Shown one piece after another: positions 38,446 to 48,605 of a DNA stretch of 64,000 bases. Every line of letters starts with the position of its first letter. Position 1 is the first letter of the stretch. The notes beneath the pieces are model-generated. The model was given only the letters and a program-made list of their open reading frames with translations, had not been told where the DNA came from and searched no databases. A program made the translations under genes and the position numbers. This DNA comes from an uncultured Clostridia bacterium. GTDB lineage: Bacteria; Bacillota; Clostridia; UMGS1883. The stretch is from positions 21,330 through 85,329 of the forward strand of contig CANPZO010000004.1 in the NCBI GenBank assembly GCA_947589005.1, given 5' to 3'.

Positions 38446-39548
38446 TGATTTATCTTGACAACAGCGCGACATCCTTCCCCGCGCCGGAGGTGATACGTTC
38501 GGCGGCGGACGCCATGATAAAATTCCCCGGCAACCCCTCCAGCCGCCACACGCTGGGGCTTGAGGCGGAAAAAGAGCTGGAAAGCTGCCGCAAAAGGGCG
38601 GCGAAGGTCCTCGGGGTCGAGTCCAAGGAGGTATACTTTACCTCCGGCGGCACCGAAAGCGACAACATCGCCATTCTCGGCGGCGCAAACATAAAAAAGG
38701 GCCGGCGGGTGGTAACCACCGCCGTCGAGCACCCCGCCGTAATGGAGTCCATGAAGCGTCTTGAGGAGCTGGGCTTCGAGGTGATATACCTTCCTCCGGA
38801 AAAGGACGGCGGCGTTACCATCGACGCCATTCGGGAGGCCATTACCCCCGACACCTGCCTTGTGTCAATAATGGCGGTCAACAACGAGACCGGCGCCGTT
38901 ATGCCCGTTGACAAAATCAAGCCCATACTCGAAAAAACCGCTCCCCGGGCCCTGCTCCACACCGACGCGGTCCAGGCCCTCGGACATATACCCATGTCCC
39001 TGAAAAAGTGGGACGTGGACATGGCCAGCTTCAGCGGCCACAAAATACACGGTCCCCGCGGCATCGGCGCTCTCTATGTAAAAAGCGGCGTTACTATACA
39101 CACCCCGTCCCTCGGCGGCGGTCAGGAAAGGGGCCTGCGCAGCGGCACCGAAAACCTGCCCTGCATCGCCGGAATGACCACGGCTCTCGAGCTGCTCAAG
39201 CCCGAGGACTTTGAGCTGATGGCGGGGCTGCGGAGCCGTCTGAGAGACGGACTTTTGTCCATTCCCGGAGCCGTGCAGAACGGCGGCGAGGGCTCGCCCC
39301 ACATACTTAACATATCCTTCCCAGGCATCAGGAGCGAGGTAATGCTGAACGCCCTGAGTCTGCGGAGAATTTACGTTTCCAGCGGCAGCGCCTGCGCCAG
39401 AGGCGCGGGCAGCCACGTACTGAAAGCCATGGGCGCGCCTTTGGCGGACAACGCCGTCCGCTTCAGCCTCAGCCGCTACACCGACAAGACCGAGATAGAC
39501 AAAACGGTGGAAGCGGTGAAGGAGACGGTAACCGAACTCAGGAGATAA
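38446..39548 (+). CDS. nifS: Cysteine desulfurase (NifS/IscS family)
   Basis: Aminotransferase class V fold. PLP-lysine context SFSGHKIHGPRGIGALY and active-site Cys SSGSAC. Confidence 0.85.
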
Positions 39549-39550
39549 TC

Positions 39551-40732
39551 ATGAAGGAAATTTTACTTGTAAAATACGGAGAAATAATACTTAAGGGCCT
39601 CAACCGCCGCCGCTTTGAGGAGCTGCTCATAAGCAACATAAAAAAGGCCCTGCCGCCGGACAGCTACGCCGACGTCCGCACCTCTCAGGCCATAACCTAT
39701 GTGGAGCCGGCCGAGGGCGCGGACGTGGACGGAATGGTGGAGCGCCTGAAAAAAGTTTTCGGCATAGTGTTCATCGCCCGGGCCGGAGTTTTCCCCAAGG
39801 ACATGGACGTCATCTTAAGGGAGGGGGCCGAGTACCTTGTCCCCTCCATGGAAAGGGTGGCGACCTTCAAAGTAGAGGCCAAGCGCAGCGACAAAAAGTT
39901 CCCCTTTGACTCCCCCGCCATCAGCCGTGAAATGGGCGGCGCGGTGCTGCGCCGGTGCCGTCACCTGAAGGTGAACGTCACCGCCCCGGACACGGTTGTG
40001 CGAGTGGAGATACGCGACAAAGAAGCCTATGTCTATGCCGACGTGGCGAGGGTCAGCGGCCCTGGCGGTATGCCCACCGGCAGCAACGGCCGCGCTACCC
40101 TGCTGCTCAGCGGCGGCATAGACAGCCCTGTGGCGGGCTATATGATGGCCAAGCGCGGGGTGGAAATCAACGCCGTACACTTCGCCTCTCCCCCCTACAC
40201 CAGCGAGCGAGCCAAGGAAAAGGTGATAGATTTGGCGAAGATATTGGCCGGCTACACCGGAAAATACAGCCTGTACGTCGTGCCCTTTACCGAGCAGCAG
40301 CTTGCCATCCGCGACAACTGTCCCGAGGAGCATCTCACCCTTATCATGCGCCGCATGATGATGATGATAGCCGCCCGCCTTGCCAAAAGGAGCGGCAGCC
40401 TTGCCCTGATAACCGGCGAAAGTCTGGGGCAGGTGGCAAGCCAGACCACCCACGCCCTGGCCGTGACCGACGAGGCCGCCGGGGACGTGCCGGTGTTCCG
40501 TCCCCTGATAGGCATGGACAAGGACGAGATAGTGACCGTGGCGCGAAGGATAGGCACCTTTGAGACCTCTATCCTGCCGTATGAGGACTGCTGTACGGTG
40601 TTCGTGCCCAAGCACCCCACCACCAAGCCCACCATGGACAAAATACTCAAAAGCCAAAGCAAAATAGATATGGAATACTGGGTCGCCAAGGCCGTCGAAG
40701 AAACCGAATGGGTAGTGATAGAAAATGAATGA
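39551..40732 (+). CDS. thiI: tRNA 4-thiouridine synthase ThiI
   Basis: THUMP domain and PP-loop SGGIDSPVAGY. It is immediately downstream of nifS, as in many Firmicutes. Confidence 0.85.
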   Translation: MKEILLVKYGEIILKGLNRRRFEELLISNIKKALPPDSYADVRTSQAITYVEPAEGADVDGMVERLKKVFGIVFIARAGVFPKDMDVILREGAEYLVPSMERVATFKVEAKRSDKKFPFDSPAISREMGGAVLRRCRHLKVNVTAPDTVVRVEIRDKEAYVYADVARVSGPGGMPTGSNGRATLLLSGGIDSPVAGYMMAKRGVEINAVHFASPPYTSERAKEKVIDLAKILAGYTGKYSLYVVPFTEQQLAIRDNCPEEHLTLIMRRMMMMIAARLAKRSGSLALITGESLGQVASQTTHALAVTDEAAGDVPVFRPLIGMDKDEIVTVARRIGTFETSILPYEDCCTVFVPKHPTTKPTMDKILKSQSKIDMEYWVAKAVEETEWVVIENE

Positions 40733-41195
40733 GGCTCGGATTTTAGTCGAACTTCTGCGCAAAAAAAATAAGACCCTGGCCACGGCGGAAAGCTGTACCG
40801 GCGGTCTGATAGGCGGAGCGATAACCTCCGTGCCGGGGGCCAGCGAGGTCTACGGCTTCGGCTTTATAACCTATGCCAACGAAGCCAAGGAGCGGATTTT
40901 GGGCGTCAGGCACGAAACCCTGGCCGCCCACGGGGCCGTCAGTCCCGAAACCGCCGCTGAGATGGCGGCCGGGGCGCGCAAGGCCGGCGGAGCCGACATC
41001 GCCGTGGCGGTGACCGGAATAGCCGGTCCCGGCGGCGGAACGCCGGAAAAGCCCGTGGGACTGGTATATGTGGGCGTCGCGTCCGAAAGGGGCGTCCGCA
41101 CGGTAAAGCTGAACTTATCCGGCGACAGGGACGCCGTGCGCCGCCGGACGGTGGAAAGGGCCCTGGACGAGGCCCGGCTGGAGCTGGAACGGTAG
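40725..41195 (+). CDS. CinA C-terminal domain protein (PncC-like nicotinamide-nucleotide amidohydrolase)
   Basis: TAESCTGGL...YGFGFITYANEAK...VAVTGIAGPGG are CinA_C signatures. Confidence 0.8.
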   Translation: MNEARILVELLRKKNKTLATAESCTGGLIGGAITSVPGASEVYGFGFITYANEAKERILGVRHETLAAHGAVSPETAAEMAAGARKAGGADIAVAVTGIAGPGGGTPEKPVGLVYVGVASERGVRTVKLNLSGDRDAVRRRTVERALDEARLELER

Positions 41196-41439
41196 CTTAA
41201 ACCCCTCCGACGGAAATAAATATGCCCCACAGACGACCGGGTGTCGTCCGCAGGGCAAAGGAGGAGGGGGATTACGGTTATATAATACAAGACGATTATT
41301 ACCCCAATGTGAAGGATAATCACTTTTTATAAAAACTTACTGTGAACATTTTGTGAACCCACGAAATTGCGTTTATCACCTGAAATTTTTTTCGACAGTA
41401 AATGAACCGTAAAAAAACTCACTACGTAATCTGGAGGCA

Positions 41440-41620
41440 CTGGGGCCGGTCGAAAAAATCGTGCAGAACGGACGAAAATCAGCCCGCGCAGGCGGCCCAA
41501 GCCGCCGAGCAGGCCCTCCCGACGGCGTACACAGGTACGCCGAGGGTGATTTTCGTTCGTAGTTCAAGGGCATAAGATAAAAAGAAAAACCGTCTTTTTT
41601 GTAAAAAGGCGGTTTTTCCA
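41440..41620 (+). ncRNA. Candidate structured RNA of unknown class, ending in an intrinsic terminator
   Basis: A long-range stem cgaaaatca/tgattttcg encloses nested GC hairpins (ggcggc-ccaa-gccgcc; cggcgtac-acag-gtacgccg; ccctc/gaggg). A terminator aaaaccgtc..ggcggttttt follows at 41583-41617. Confidence 0.3.
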
Positions 41621-41699
41621 CATTAATTCATAGTTTTGATTATATCACAGGGTTTTCATTACATAAATTTGGCTTAAATAAAGCCTTTATGCTAAAATG

Positions 41700-41832
41700 G
41701 GGGCCCCCGCAAAACGGCGAAGCCGATTTTGTGGGGAAAAGGAGTCACAGCGAGGTAAGCCGAGTTTCGATTTTAAATCGAAACTTGCGATACCGAGCTT
41801 GTGGCGACGCAGGTCTGCGCCATTTTTTTACG
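41700..41832 (+). ncRNA. Candidate small RNA or transcribed element with its own promoter-like sequence and terminator
   Basis: An extended -10 (TGCTAAAAT) lies at about 41686-41694. A perfect palindrome gtttcgatttt/aaatcgaaac is at 41776-41796. A GC hairpin plus a T8 run is at 41803-41830. There is no plus-strand ORF downstream. Confidence 0.3.
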
Positions 41833-41841
41833 GCCCCTGTT

Positions 41842-41994
41842 TTACCAAACGGCCTCATCACTGGCGGCGGGATCGGTCACGACCTTTTCATTGTCTATGC
41901 CGGGTATCTCCCCGCTGGCGGTGATGTCGTCCATGACCGAATTAACGGGAGAAAGGTCGCGGACGTCTATTTCAGGCTCGAAAAACTTTTTCAT
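41842..41994 (-). CDS. Unannotated 50-aa acidic peptide gene immediately downstream of the giant protein gene
   Basis: GGAGGA sits 7 nt upstream of the ATG. It encodes MKKFFEPEIDVRDLSPVNSVMDDITASGEIPGIDNEKVVTDPAASDEAVW and starts 19 nt after the upstream stop. It is below the ORF-track cutoff. Confidence 0.4.
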   Translation of the reverse strand: MKKFFEPEIDVRDLSPVNSVMDDITASGEIPGIDNEKVVTDPAASDEAVW

Positions 41995-42012
41995 CGTTAT
42001 TTCCTCCTTTTA

Positions 42013-45000
42013 TCAGAGTTCGGGAACAAAGCCCATATCGGCGGTTATATCGCCGGTAACTCCGCCGTCCGTAATCTCGGTATCCGCAAACTCTATCTCT
42101 ACCGCGTCCAGAGACAGCGGCGCGGCGAGCTCGATAATGGCGGACTCGGCATCGGATATTCCGAGGTCGGCTGCCTTCTTTATCATCTTGCCGTCGGCGT
42201 CATAGAGCTTGGCGGAGGCTTCCTTAAGGCCGGGGAATTTGGCCTCGGAGTCGTCCTTGCGGTTCTTCTTTACAAAGGCGATGACGCTGTTGGCGGCGGC
42301 CAGACGCTCGGGCAGGATGCTTGCGCCCTTGGCGTTCACGATGCTGTCGATGAGCACGTCGTACAGGCTGGCCTTAACGGTCTCGCCGTAAATCTTCTGG
42401 CCGTTCACAACGATATAGGGCTGAGCGGTGTAGGTGCGGGCGCTGTTGGCATTGGAGATGCCGGTTATCGACAGGGCGAAGGTGTCGGCCACCTTGTCGA
42501 GCTTAACCTCGGCGGTCGCGCCGGCCTTGGTGTAGGTGCCGTCGTCCGCCTTGGCGTTCGCGGCGTATACAAAGCCTACCTCGCTTACGGAGTCAAGGGT
42601 GCCGGTAACGTTGGCGGTGAAGGTTATGCCCAGACCAACGGTGCCGTCCTCGCCCTTGGTGATGCGCAGAGCGGCCTCGGCGCTGACCTTGGCGGTGGTG
42701 ATGGCCTTTATCTCGTCCTCGGTGAGGGCGGTGTTAAAGAACATGAAGTTGTCGATGGTGCCGTTGAAGTCCTGATTGTTACCCCTCTGGCCGCTGTCGG
42801 CGGACCACTGGGTGCGGCCGATGTAGTTGCGGTCGGTGGAGCCGGAAATCTCATAGGGCTCGTGAACAACATTATTGCCCTGAGCGACGGTCGCGATGCC
42901 GTCGGCGGTGACGGTGTAAACCTTGGTCTCCTTAGTCTTTGCGCTGTAGGTCGTCACCAGCCAGTACTCGCCGGTGGCAAAGGGCTTGCCGGCAACCATC
43001 TGGGTGCTTTCGTTGTTGTACTTAAGACCGGCCTGATACTGATTGGCGCCGCCAACCGTGTTCAGTCTGGTGAATACGCTGTTACCGGTATTCTTGCCGA
43101 AGTCGTAAAGTCTGGGATCATTTCTGTCGGTACCGCCGGAAATCTGCTCCACAACGGAGTAGCTGCGGACGTCCTTCATGAAGTCATAGGGTACGTTCAG
43201 ATAGCCGTTAGTATCCCAACCGCTCGCAGTGTTCGCGGTGAGGTCCAGCTTGCCGTTGTCGAACTTGGCGGCCGTGCCCTTAACCTCGGCGTCATAGCCG
43301 TTGGCGGACAGGTCGGGAACAACATCGCCGGTCACGTCGTTGAAGTCATAGTGGAGAACCATGTTCTCTTTCGTTACGTCCACCTTGGCGGGCACGGTAA
43401 CGGTGAAGTCCTTAGTCTGGTCGCCGGCGGCGGCGGTGAGAACTACCTGATGCTCCTCGCCGTCACGGGTAACAATGCCGTCGTCAATGATGACGTTGGC
43501 ATCATCGCTGGTCCAAGTGATGGTCTTTCCGTCGGCGGTTGTCTTGGGAAGAACAAGGTCGGCAGCCGTCTCGGTGGGTATCTCTATGGATTCAAGAGTG
43601 TTCACGCTGTCGGGGTCGAACTCTTCCATCGCCGCGCGCACCTCGGCCTGAGTGAGGGCCTTGTCAGTGCTGCGGAAATTGGTAATGATACCGTCGATGC
43701 CGCCTATCTTTGCGGTGGCGTCAAGGGTCAGGCCGTCAACGCCCTGAATGGTGGCGTCGATGAGACCGTTCACATATGTAACGACCTCGCTGCCATCATA
43801 GGTGACGGTGTAGTTTATCCAGCCCATGGGCGAAACGCCCTTATCACCATTGGTGCCGCTGAGAGACAGGTACCAGTCGGCGTCGCTGAACAGGTTTTGG
43901 CTCTTTTCGGTCTTACCGGCGGCGGTTATCTTCGGAGCGACAGCCGCGTAATCATACTTATCATATTTGCCGGTAGCAAGGTCATTCGTTATCTTTTCAA
44001 GCTCGACCTTAAGATCGCCGCTCTCAAAGAGTACTCCGCCCTTGGAAATGTCGTCCTGGAGCAGGTTCATGGAAACGGTGAACTCCTCGCCGGAGGTCAC
44101 ATCAACGGTATTGTCCGCGTCGGCGGCGTATACCTTCGAATTTACATCGCCCAGATTGTTCGTCACGTCAAGGGGCTTGAGCTCGGTGTCGGTCATCATC
44201 TGAACGGGATAACCCTTGCCGCCGTTCTGACTGCTGTGTATCCAGTAATAGTAATCGCCGTTAAACCAGGTCAGGCGCAGGTCGCCCTCCTCGCTGCCGT
44301 TGGCAACATAGGGACGGGCGTTGTCCTTGAGAGAATTTTCGGTAACGGCCTCGGTGGTTACATTGCCGTAGTCGTCGCTTACGGTGTACTTGACTATCTC
44401 AAATACCCGGCCGAATACGCCGTCCACGGGAACGGAGGCGTAAATCACATGGGGATCGGCCTTGTCGATGGACATACCGCCGCTGTAGCATCTTTCAACA
44501 CCGTTATTCGCGTTTTCATGGAAGGTGGTGTTGAATTCGGGGTCGGGAAGGTCGGTCTTTTTCCACTCCGTACCGTCAAAGTGGGCCAGCCAGTAGTCGT
44601 GCTTCGTCTTGCTGGAATCGATCTTAACCATGGCGATGACGGGATTGCCGTCATCGGCAAGGGCTATTTCCCAAACCCAGCCGCGGACGTTGTCCTCACG
44701 GTAAACTACCTGCGTTTCGCTCTCGGTCTCGCTTCCGCTGACAACATATCTGTCTTTGGTAAGATCCTGAAGCAGTTTGCCGGCGGCGTCATGGAGAGTA
44801 AGGTCGCTTATGTCAATGTAATTGCAGTAAATGGGATTGGTGGGCACGTTGTCGGGATGGGTGCCGGTATAGGTAAGCCATATCTTATTCTCGCCGTCGG
44901 AGGCGTACTTGGCATAAGGACGGCAGCCGCTGCTCTGTATATTCGACCTTACAATCTGCTGAGGTCCCCATACAAAGCTGAGGGTGTAGTCGTTTGCTTC

Positions 45001-46497
45001 GGTGGGCATATCAAGCTTGGCAAGGGTGGGATGCCAGTCGATGCCTCTCCAACCCATATAGATGTGGTCGGGGTCGCCCTTAAGAATAAAGGGGTTGGGA
45101 TAGGTGGTGGCGTCGTTTGTGGCGATAGCCTTTTCCTCAGCCAGTGTTGTAATGTCGTAGGGTTCCTTGGAAACTCTGTAGTAGAAGCCGCGCTCGTCGG
45201 TATGACGGCTGTAGATTATCATGATGTGATGGTCGGGCAGCTCAAGGAAGGCCGGATTGTTGTGGTCGTCCGGCTGAAGATTGCTGCGGACGAGAACCTC
45301 CTCATAGTCGCCGGTCTCGTTGTCGTACTGAGTGGCACGCACGTTACCGCTGTTGTCTATGTAGCCGATATAGGTGAAGTTTTCGCCGTCCTCACCCTTA
45401 ACGGTAAGGGTGCGGGGGTCGGCGAACCAGCAGGTGGCGCCGTCGGCGATAACGCTGCCGGTGATGCCGTCACCGTCGAATTTTTCGTAATAAAGCTCGA
45501 TCACATTCTCACCTTCGGCTTTGGGTGTAATAGTAAGGGTGGATTTGTCCGCCTTGTAAACGTAGTAGGTGCCGTCCACAACGATGGGGGCGGTGGACTT
45601 GGGAGTGTAGGTGTACTCCTGACCGGCGGAAGCGAGAACCGTTATGTCCTCAACGCCGGAGTCCTTACCGTCGGAGAGCACCGTCCTGACGGTAACCTCG
45701 GCGATGCTGGAGGCGTCAACGTCGGCGGTTATCTTAAGGCCCTGAAGAGCCATGGCCGCGTACTGCTTATTCCACTGGGGAATGTTGGCGGTTATGCTCT
45801 TAAAGCCGTTGAACTTGGGAGCCGTCTCGGTGGCTATCTCTTCATAGGTGCCGTCCTTGTCCTCGTCGTAGCTGTAAACGACGGTGGCGCCCTCGCCGGC
45901 CTTTGTAATCTCAATGCGGAAGGGAACGCCGCGAAGGGCCAGCACCTCCGCACGGTTGTGACTTACAAGGGAAGTGACGGCCGCACCGTTAAGGCCGCCG
46001 ATTTCTACAACGGCGTTGTCAACATTGTTTGTCTGGGCGCTTCCGGCGTCGGTATAGACGGTGGCAAGCTCGTTGTCGTCAACGTCGAGGAAATGCCATC
46101 TCTGGTAGTTGTCGCTTTCTTCCTGGGTGGCATAGATATAGTCAATGGTGACCTTTTCAGCGCCCACGGTCATGCCGTAGTCGTCAAAGGTAGCGACCTT
46201 AGTCTCGTCCGTACCGTTCGATCTTGCTCCGGAACGGAAGAACATAAGGCCCGCGTCGCCCCAAGGCTGGGCGTTCCAAGTGCCGGTGTCGCTCCACTGG
46301 GAGCTGAACACCGCGCCGCCCTCGTTGCCGGTCCAGCCGTAATCGGTCAGCTGGATGTCGCCGTGGGTCGAGGTGTCTATGTCCGCCGCGTCAAACAAAA
46401 CGGTCGTTTCCGTCGCCGCAGCAGCCGTAAGGCCGAACATGGGCACAACGGAAACTATCATTGCCAACGCGACAGCCAATGATAGAATTTTTTTCAT
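42013..46497 (-). CDS. Giant secreted multidomain protein, about 1490 aa: sialidase/BNR-like beta-propeller, concanavalin-A-like (LamG) lectin domains and Ig-like domains
   Basis: True start MKKILSL, with AGGAG 9 nt upstream; the 46530 start lies in the RBS. Signal peptide VVPMFGLTAAAA. A BNR-4-like region is present (HIMIIYSRHTDERGFYYRVS...). LamG-like segments and Big-like repeats follow. Confidence 0.55.
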   Translation of the reverse strand: MKKILSLAVALAMIVSVVPMFGLTAAAATETTVLFDAADIDTSTHGDIQLTDYGWTGNEGGAVFSSQWSDTGTWNAQPWGDAGLMFFRSGARSNGTDETKVATFDDYGMTVGAEKVTIDYIYATQEESDNYQRWHFLDVDDNELATVYTDAGSAQTNNVDNAVVEIGGLNGAAVTSLVSHNRAEVLALRGVPFRIEITKAGEGATVVYSYDEDKDGTYEEIATETAPKFNGFKSITANIPQWNKQYAAMALQGLKITADVDASSIAEVTVRTVLSDGKDSGVEDITVLASAGQEYTYTPKSTAPIVVDGTYYVYKADKSTLTITPKAEGENVIELYYEKFDGDGITGSVIADGATCWFADPRTLTVKGEDGENFTYIGYIDNSGNVRATQYDNETGDYEEVLVRSNLQPDDHNNPAFLELPDHHIMIIYSRHTDERGFYYRVSKEPYDITTLAEEKAIATNDATTYPNPFILKGDPDHIYMGWRGIDWHPTLAKLDMPTEANDYTLSFVWGPQQIVRSNIQSSGCRPYAKYASDGENKIWLTYTGTHPDNVPTNPIYCNYIDISDLTLHDAAGKLLQDLTKDRYVVSGSETESETQVVYREDNVRGWVWEIALADDGNPVIAMVKIDSSKTKHDYWLAHFDGTEWKKTDLPDPEFNTTFHENANNGVERCYSGGMSIDKADPHVIYASVPVDGVFGRVFEIVKYTVSDDYGNVTTEAVTENSLKDNARPYVANGSEEGDLRLTWFNGDYYYWIHSSQNGGKGYPVQMMTDTELKPLDVTNNLGDVNSKVYAADADNTVDVTSGEEFTVSMNLLQDDISKGGVLFESGDLKVELEKITNDLATGKYDKYDYAAVAPKITAAGKTEKSQNLFSDADWYLSLSGTNGDKGVSPMGWINYTVTYDGSEVVTYVNGLIDATIQGVDGLTLDATAKIGGIDGIITNFRSTDKALTQAEVRAAMEEFDPDSVNTLESIEIPTETAADLVLPKTTADGKTITWTSDDANVIIDDGIVTRDGEEHQVVLTAAAGDQTKDFTVTVPAKVDVTKENMVLHYDFNDVTGDVVPDLSANGYDAEVKGTAAKFDNGKLDLTANTASGWDTNGYLNVPYDFMKDVRSYSVVEQISGGTDRNDPRLYDFGKNTGNSVFTRLNTVGGANQYQAGLKYNNESTQMVAGKPFATGEYWLVTTYSAKTKETKVYTVTADGIATVAQGNNVVHEPYEISGSTDRNYIGRTQWSADSGQRGNNQDFNGTIDNFMFFNTALTEDEIKAITTAKVSAEAALRITKGEDGTVGLGITFTANVTGTLDSVSEVGFVYAANAKADDGTYTKAGATAEVKLDKVADTFALSITGISNANSARTYTAQPYIVVNGQKIYGETVKASLYDVLIDSIVNAKGASILPERLAAANSVIAFVKKNRKDDSEAKFPGLKEASAKLYDADGKMIKKAADLGISDAESAIIELAAPLSLDAVEIEFADTEITDGGVTGDITADMGFVPEL

Positions 46498-46621
46498 GTA
46501 TCTCTCTCCTTTTTTAATAGTTATTTTCATTATATACTAATTGCACATATTTGTCAAGGGGAAAAGAGGGTGTTTTTTCGCAATATGCACATTTCAAACG
46601 AAATGTCGCAGCGTCCCCGCG

Positions 46622-47854
46622 TCAGCGCCCCACCGCCTCCGGCACCGTTTCATACAAATACAGCGACCCGCAGATGACGGTCAAATTTCCGATATCCCGG
46701 GCCATTTTTACGGCGGCGGTCAGGTCCGGGGCCACCGCTCCCTCTATCCCCGCCTCCCGAGCCTTGGCCCGAAGTGTCTCGGCGGCCATGGCGCGCGGAT
46801 TGCCGTTCACCTGAGTGAAGATAAAGCTCCGCCGGGGAGAGCCGAGCATCTTAAGGGAGGGCAGTATTTCCTTGTCGCCCATGCAGGCAAAGACGACCGT
46901 CTGCTCTCCCTCGGGGAAATAGCGGTCGAGGGCCCTGACCAGCGCCCCGACGCCGTTGGGATTGTGTGCGCCGTCAAAGATAAGCCCGGGGGCAAGCATC
47001 TCAAGCCGGGCCGGATGGCGGGCGGTTTCTATACCGCGGCATATGTCCGCGGAGTCCAGTCCAAGCGCCTCCGCCGTTTTGACGGCGAGGGCCGCGTTTT
47101 CAAGCTGGTGAGGGCCGCCAAGTCCCAGCCGCAGCCGCCGTCCCTTGCAGCGCATAAACTCGTATATTCCCTCAAATTCCGTCGGCTCCGGTATCTCCGC
47201 CACGGTAAGCGCGCCGCCCTTTTCGGCGGCCGTTTCCGCTATGACACGGTTGACGCCCGGGGCCTGACGGACGGTCACCACCGGACAGCCGGGCTTTATT
47301 ATGCCGGATTTGGTGCGGGCTATCTCCTCCACCGTATTGCCAAGATAAGCGCAGTGGTCGAGGTCTATACGGGTCAGCACCGCCGCCAGATTGGACTTTA
47401 TCACATTTGTGGCGTCGAACTCGCCGCCCATGCCGACCTCGAGCAACACAACGTCGCAGGCTTTCGCCGCGAAGTACTCGAAGGCCGCCGCCGTCCACAC
47501 CTCGAACTGTGATGGCATTTCGCCCAGGGTCTCCCGCACTTTGAGGCATCGCTCCCCTATTTTTTCGAGGAGAGGGGCCAGCTCCGCGTCGGATATTGGC
47601 TCGCCGTCAACGGCTATGCGCTCGTTGACCCTTATCAAATTGGGCGAGGTATATTTCCCCACCCTGTACCCCGCCGCCCTGAGCATCGCCTCCAGAAAGG
47701 CGCATACCGAGCCCTTGCCGTTGGTGCCGCCAACATGGACGCAGCGGCAGCGGTCCTGGGGGTTGCCGGACATATCCAGAAGGGCGGATATTCTCCCCAG
47801 GCTCAGGTTTATAACGGTCTGAAAGCTGTTGGCGTAAGAGGTAAATTCACTCAT
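46622..47854 (-). CDS. folC: Folylpolyglutamate synthase / dihydrofolate synthase FolC
   Basis: Mur-ligase family P-loop VHVGGTNGKGS and FolC-type layout. It is co-oriented with folT. Confidence 0.85.
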   Translation of the reverse strand: MSEFTSYANSFQTVINLSLGRISALLDMSGNPQDRCRCVHVGGTNGKGSVCAFLEAMLRAAGYRVGKYTSPNLIRVNERIAVDGEPISDAELAPLLEKIGERCLKVRETLGEMPSQFEVWTAAAFEYFAAKACDVVLLEVGMGGEFDATNVIKSNLAAVLTRIDLDHCAYLGNTVEEIARTKSGIIKPGCPVVTVRQAPGVNRVIAETAAEKGGALTVAEIPEPTEFEGIYEFMRCKGRRLRLGLGGPHQLENAALAVKTAEALGLDSADICRGIETARHPARLEMLAPGLIFDGAHNPNGVGALVRALDRYFPEGEQTVVFACMGDKEILPSLKMLGSPRRSFIFTQVNGNPRAMAAETLRAKAREAGIEGAVAPDLTAAVKMARDIGNLTVICGSLYLYETVPEAVGR

Positions 47855-47873
47855 ATGATGTCACGTCCGTTTT

Positions 47874-48395
47874 TCAATTTATCCTGTATTTTTCGATTTG
47901 CGACCCAAGGTAGCGTTGCATGAGCCATATCGTGACGACCCGCACGGGCAGCATCACCGCCGCCTGCACCAAGCGGTCAGCCAGCACCGCCCAAACGCCG
48001 TTATGATATATCGGCACCAGCGCCAGCGGCATGGCGACCAAATCCACCGCCACGGTTATGGTGAGGACGCAAATTATTATCCTTGGCAGCGTCACCGTTT
48101 TTTTATAGAAATACAGGCCGAAAATCATGCCGAAGATGAACTTGCACACCGTTATCGGCGGAAAAGGGGCCTGCCCGGCGGCCAATGTGCCGATCAGGTC
48201 GGCCACCACATAGGTGGCCCCGCCCCATATGGGGCCCATGAGCATACCCGCGGCGCACACGGGCAGAAAGCCCAAATCGTAGCGTGTGTTACCCGTCTGC
48301 GGATAGCCCATCAGCCTGAGAACCACGCTCAGGGCCGACATCGCGGCCACCAGTACGATGATGTGGGTGAGGTTTTTTTTCATAAACAAAAACAT
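47874..48395 (-). CDS. folT: Folate-family ECF transporter S component (FolT)
   Basis: About 170-aa, 5-6 TM S-component. It is adjacent to folC and preceded by a THF riboswitch. Confidence 0.7.
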   Translation of the reverse strand: MFLFMKKNLTHIIVLVAAMSALSVVLRLMGYPQTGNTRYDLGFLPVCAAGMLMGPIWGGATYVVADLIGTLAAGQAPFPPITVCKFIFGMIFGLYFYKKTVTLPRIIICVLTITVAVDLVAMPLALVPIYHNGVWAVLADRLVQAAVMLPVRVVTIWLMQRYLGSQIEKYRIN

Positions 48396-48489
48396 CCTTT
48401 CTGTAAGCGATTACTACAAAAAGGATGTCCGGCACGGGCCCGCTCAAGCTCCTCGTTAAAGCGAGTCGCGGCAAAGCGGCCCTTATTCT

Positions 48490-48600
48490 TTTCGTAGCAA
48501 CGGAATGCGGGCCGCGCACCGCGAAAGCTCGGGGCTCTCTTCGTAGAAAGGACAACTTCCCGTTCCTCTCTCACTTTACGCGCGCGGTCCTACTTTGCAC
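48490..48600 (-). ncRNA. THF (tetrahydrofolate) riboswitch
   Basis: The minus-strand RNA reads AGUAGG-ACCGCG-CGCGUAAAGUG-...-GGGAAG-...-ACGAAGAGAG-...-CGCGG-...-GCUAC. This matches the conserved blocks GAGUAG / CGCGUUAAGUG / GGGAUG / ACGAAGCGAGAG / CGCGG of known THF aptamers. It sits in a folT leader. Confidence 0.65.
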
Positions 48601-48605
48601 GATTG

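Noticed and set aside
41689-46482. A 1597-aa plus-strand ORF.
   Set aside because: It is antisense to the 42013-46497 giant secreted-protein gene. Its Gly/Val/Ala-rich composition has no domain signatures. The sense-strand gene has a signal peptide, RBS and recognisable domains.
46498-46530. An extended N-terminus MKITIKKGERY for the giant protein, from the ORF-track start at 46530.
   Set aside because: Those codons are the A-rich spacer and AGGAG RBS that serve the downstream ATG at 46497. The signal peptide begins at MKKILSL.
46541-47512. A 323-aa plus-strand ORF.
   Set aside because: It is antisense to folC, whose Mur-ligase motifs are clear on the minus strand.
48421-48600. A plus-strand reading of the folT leader as a possible THF riboswitch.
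   Set aside because: The conserved blocks occur in the correct 5'-to-3' order only on the minus strand. The motif-like fragments on the plus strand are their reverse complements, and there is no plus-strand gene downstream.
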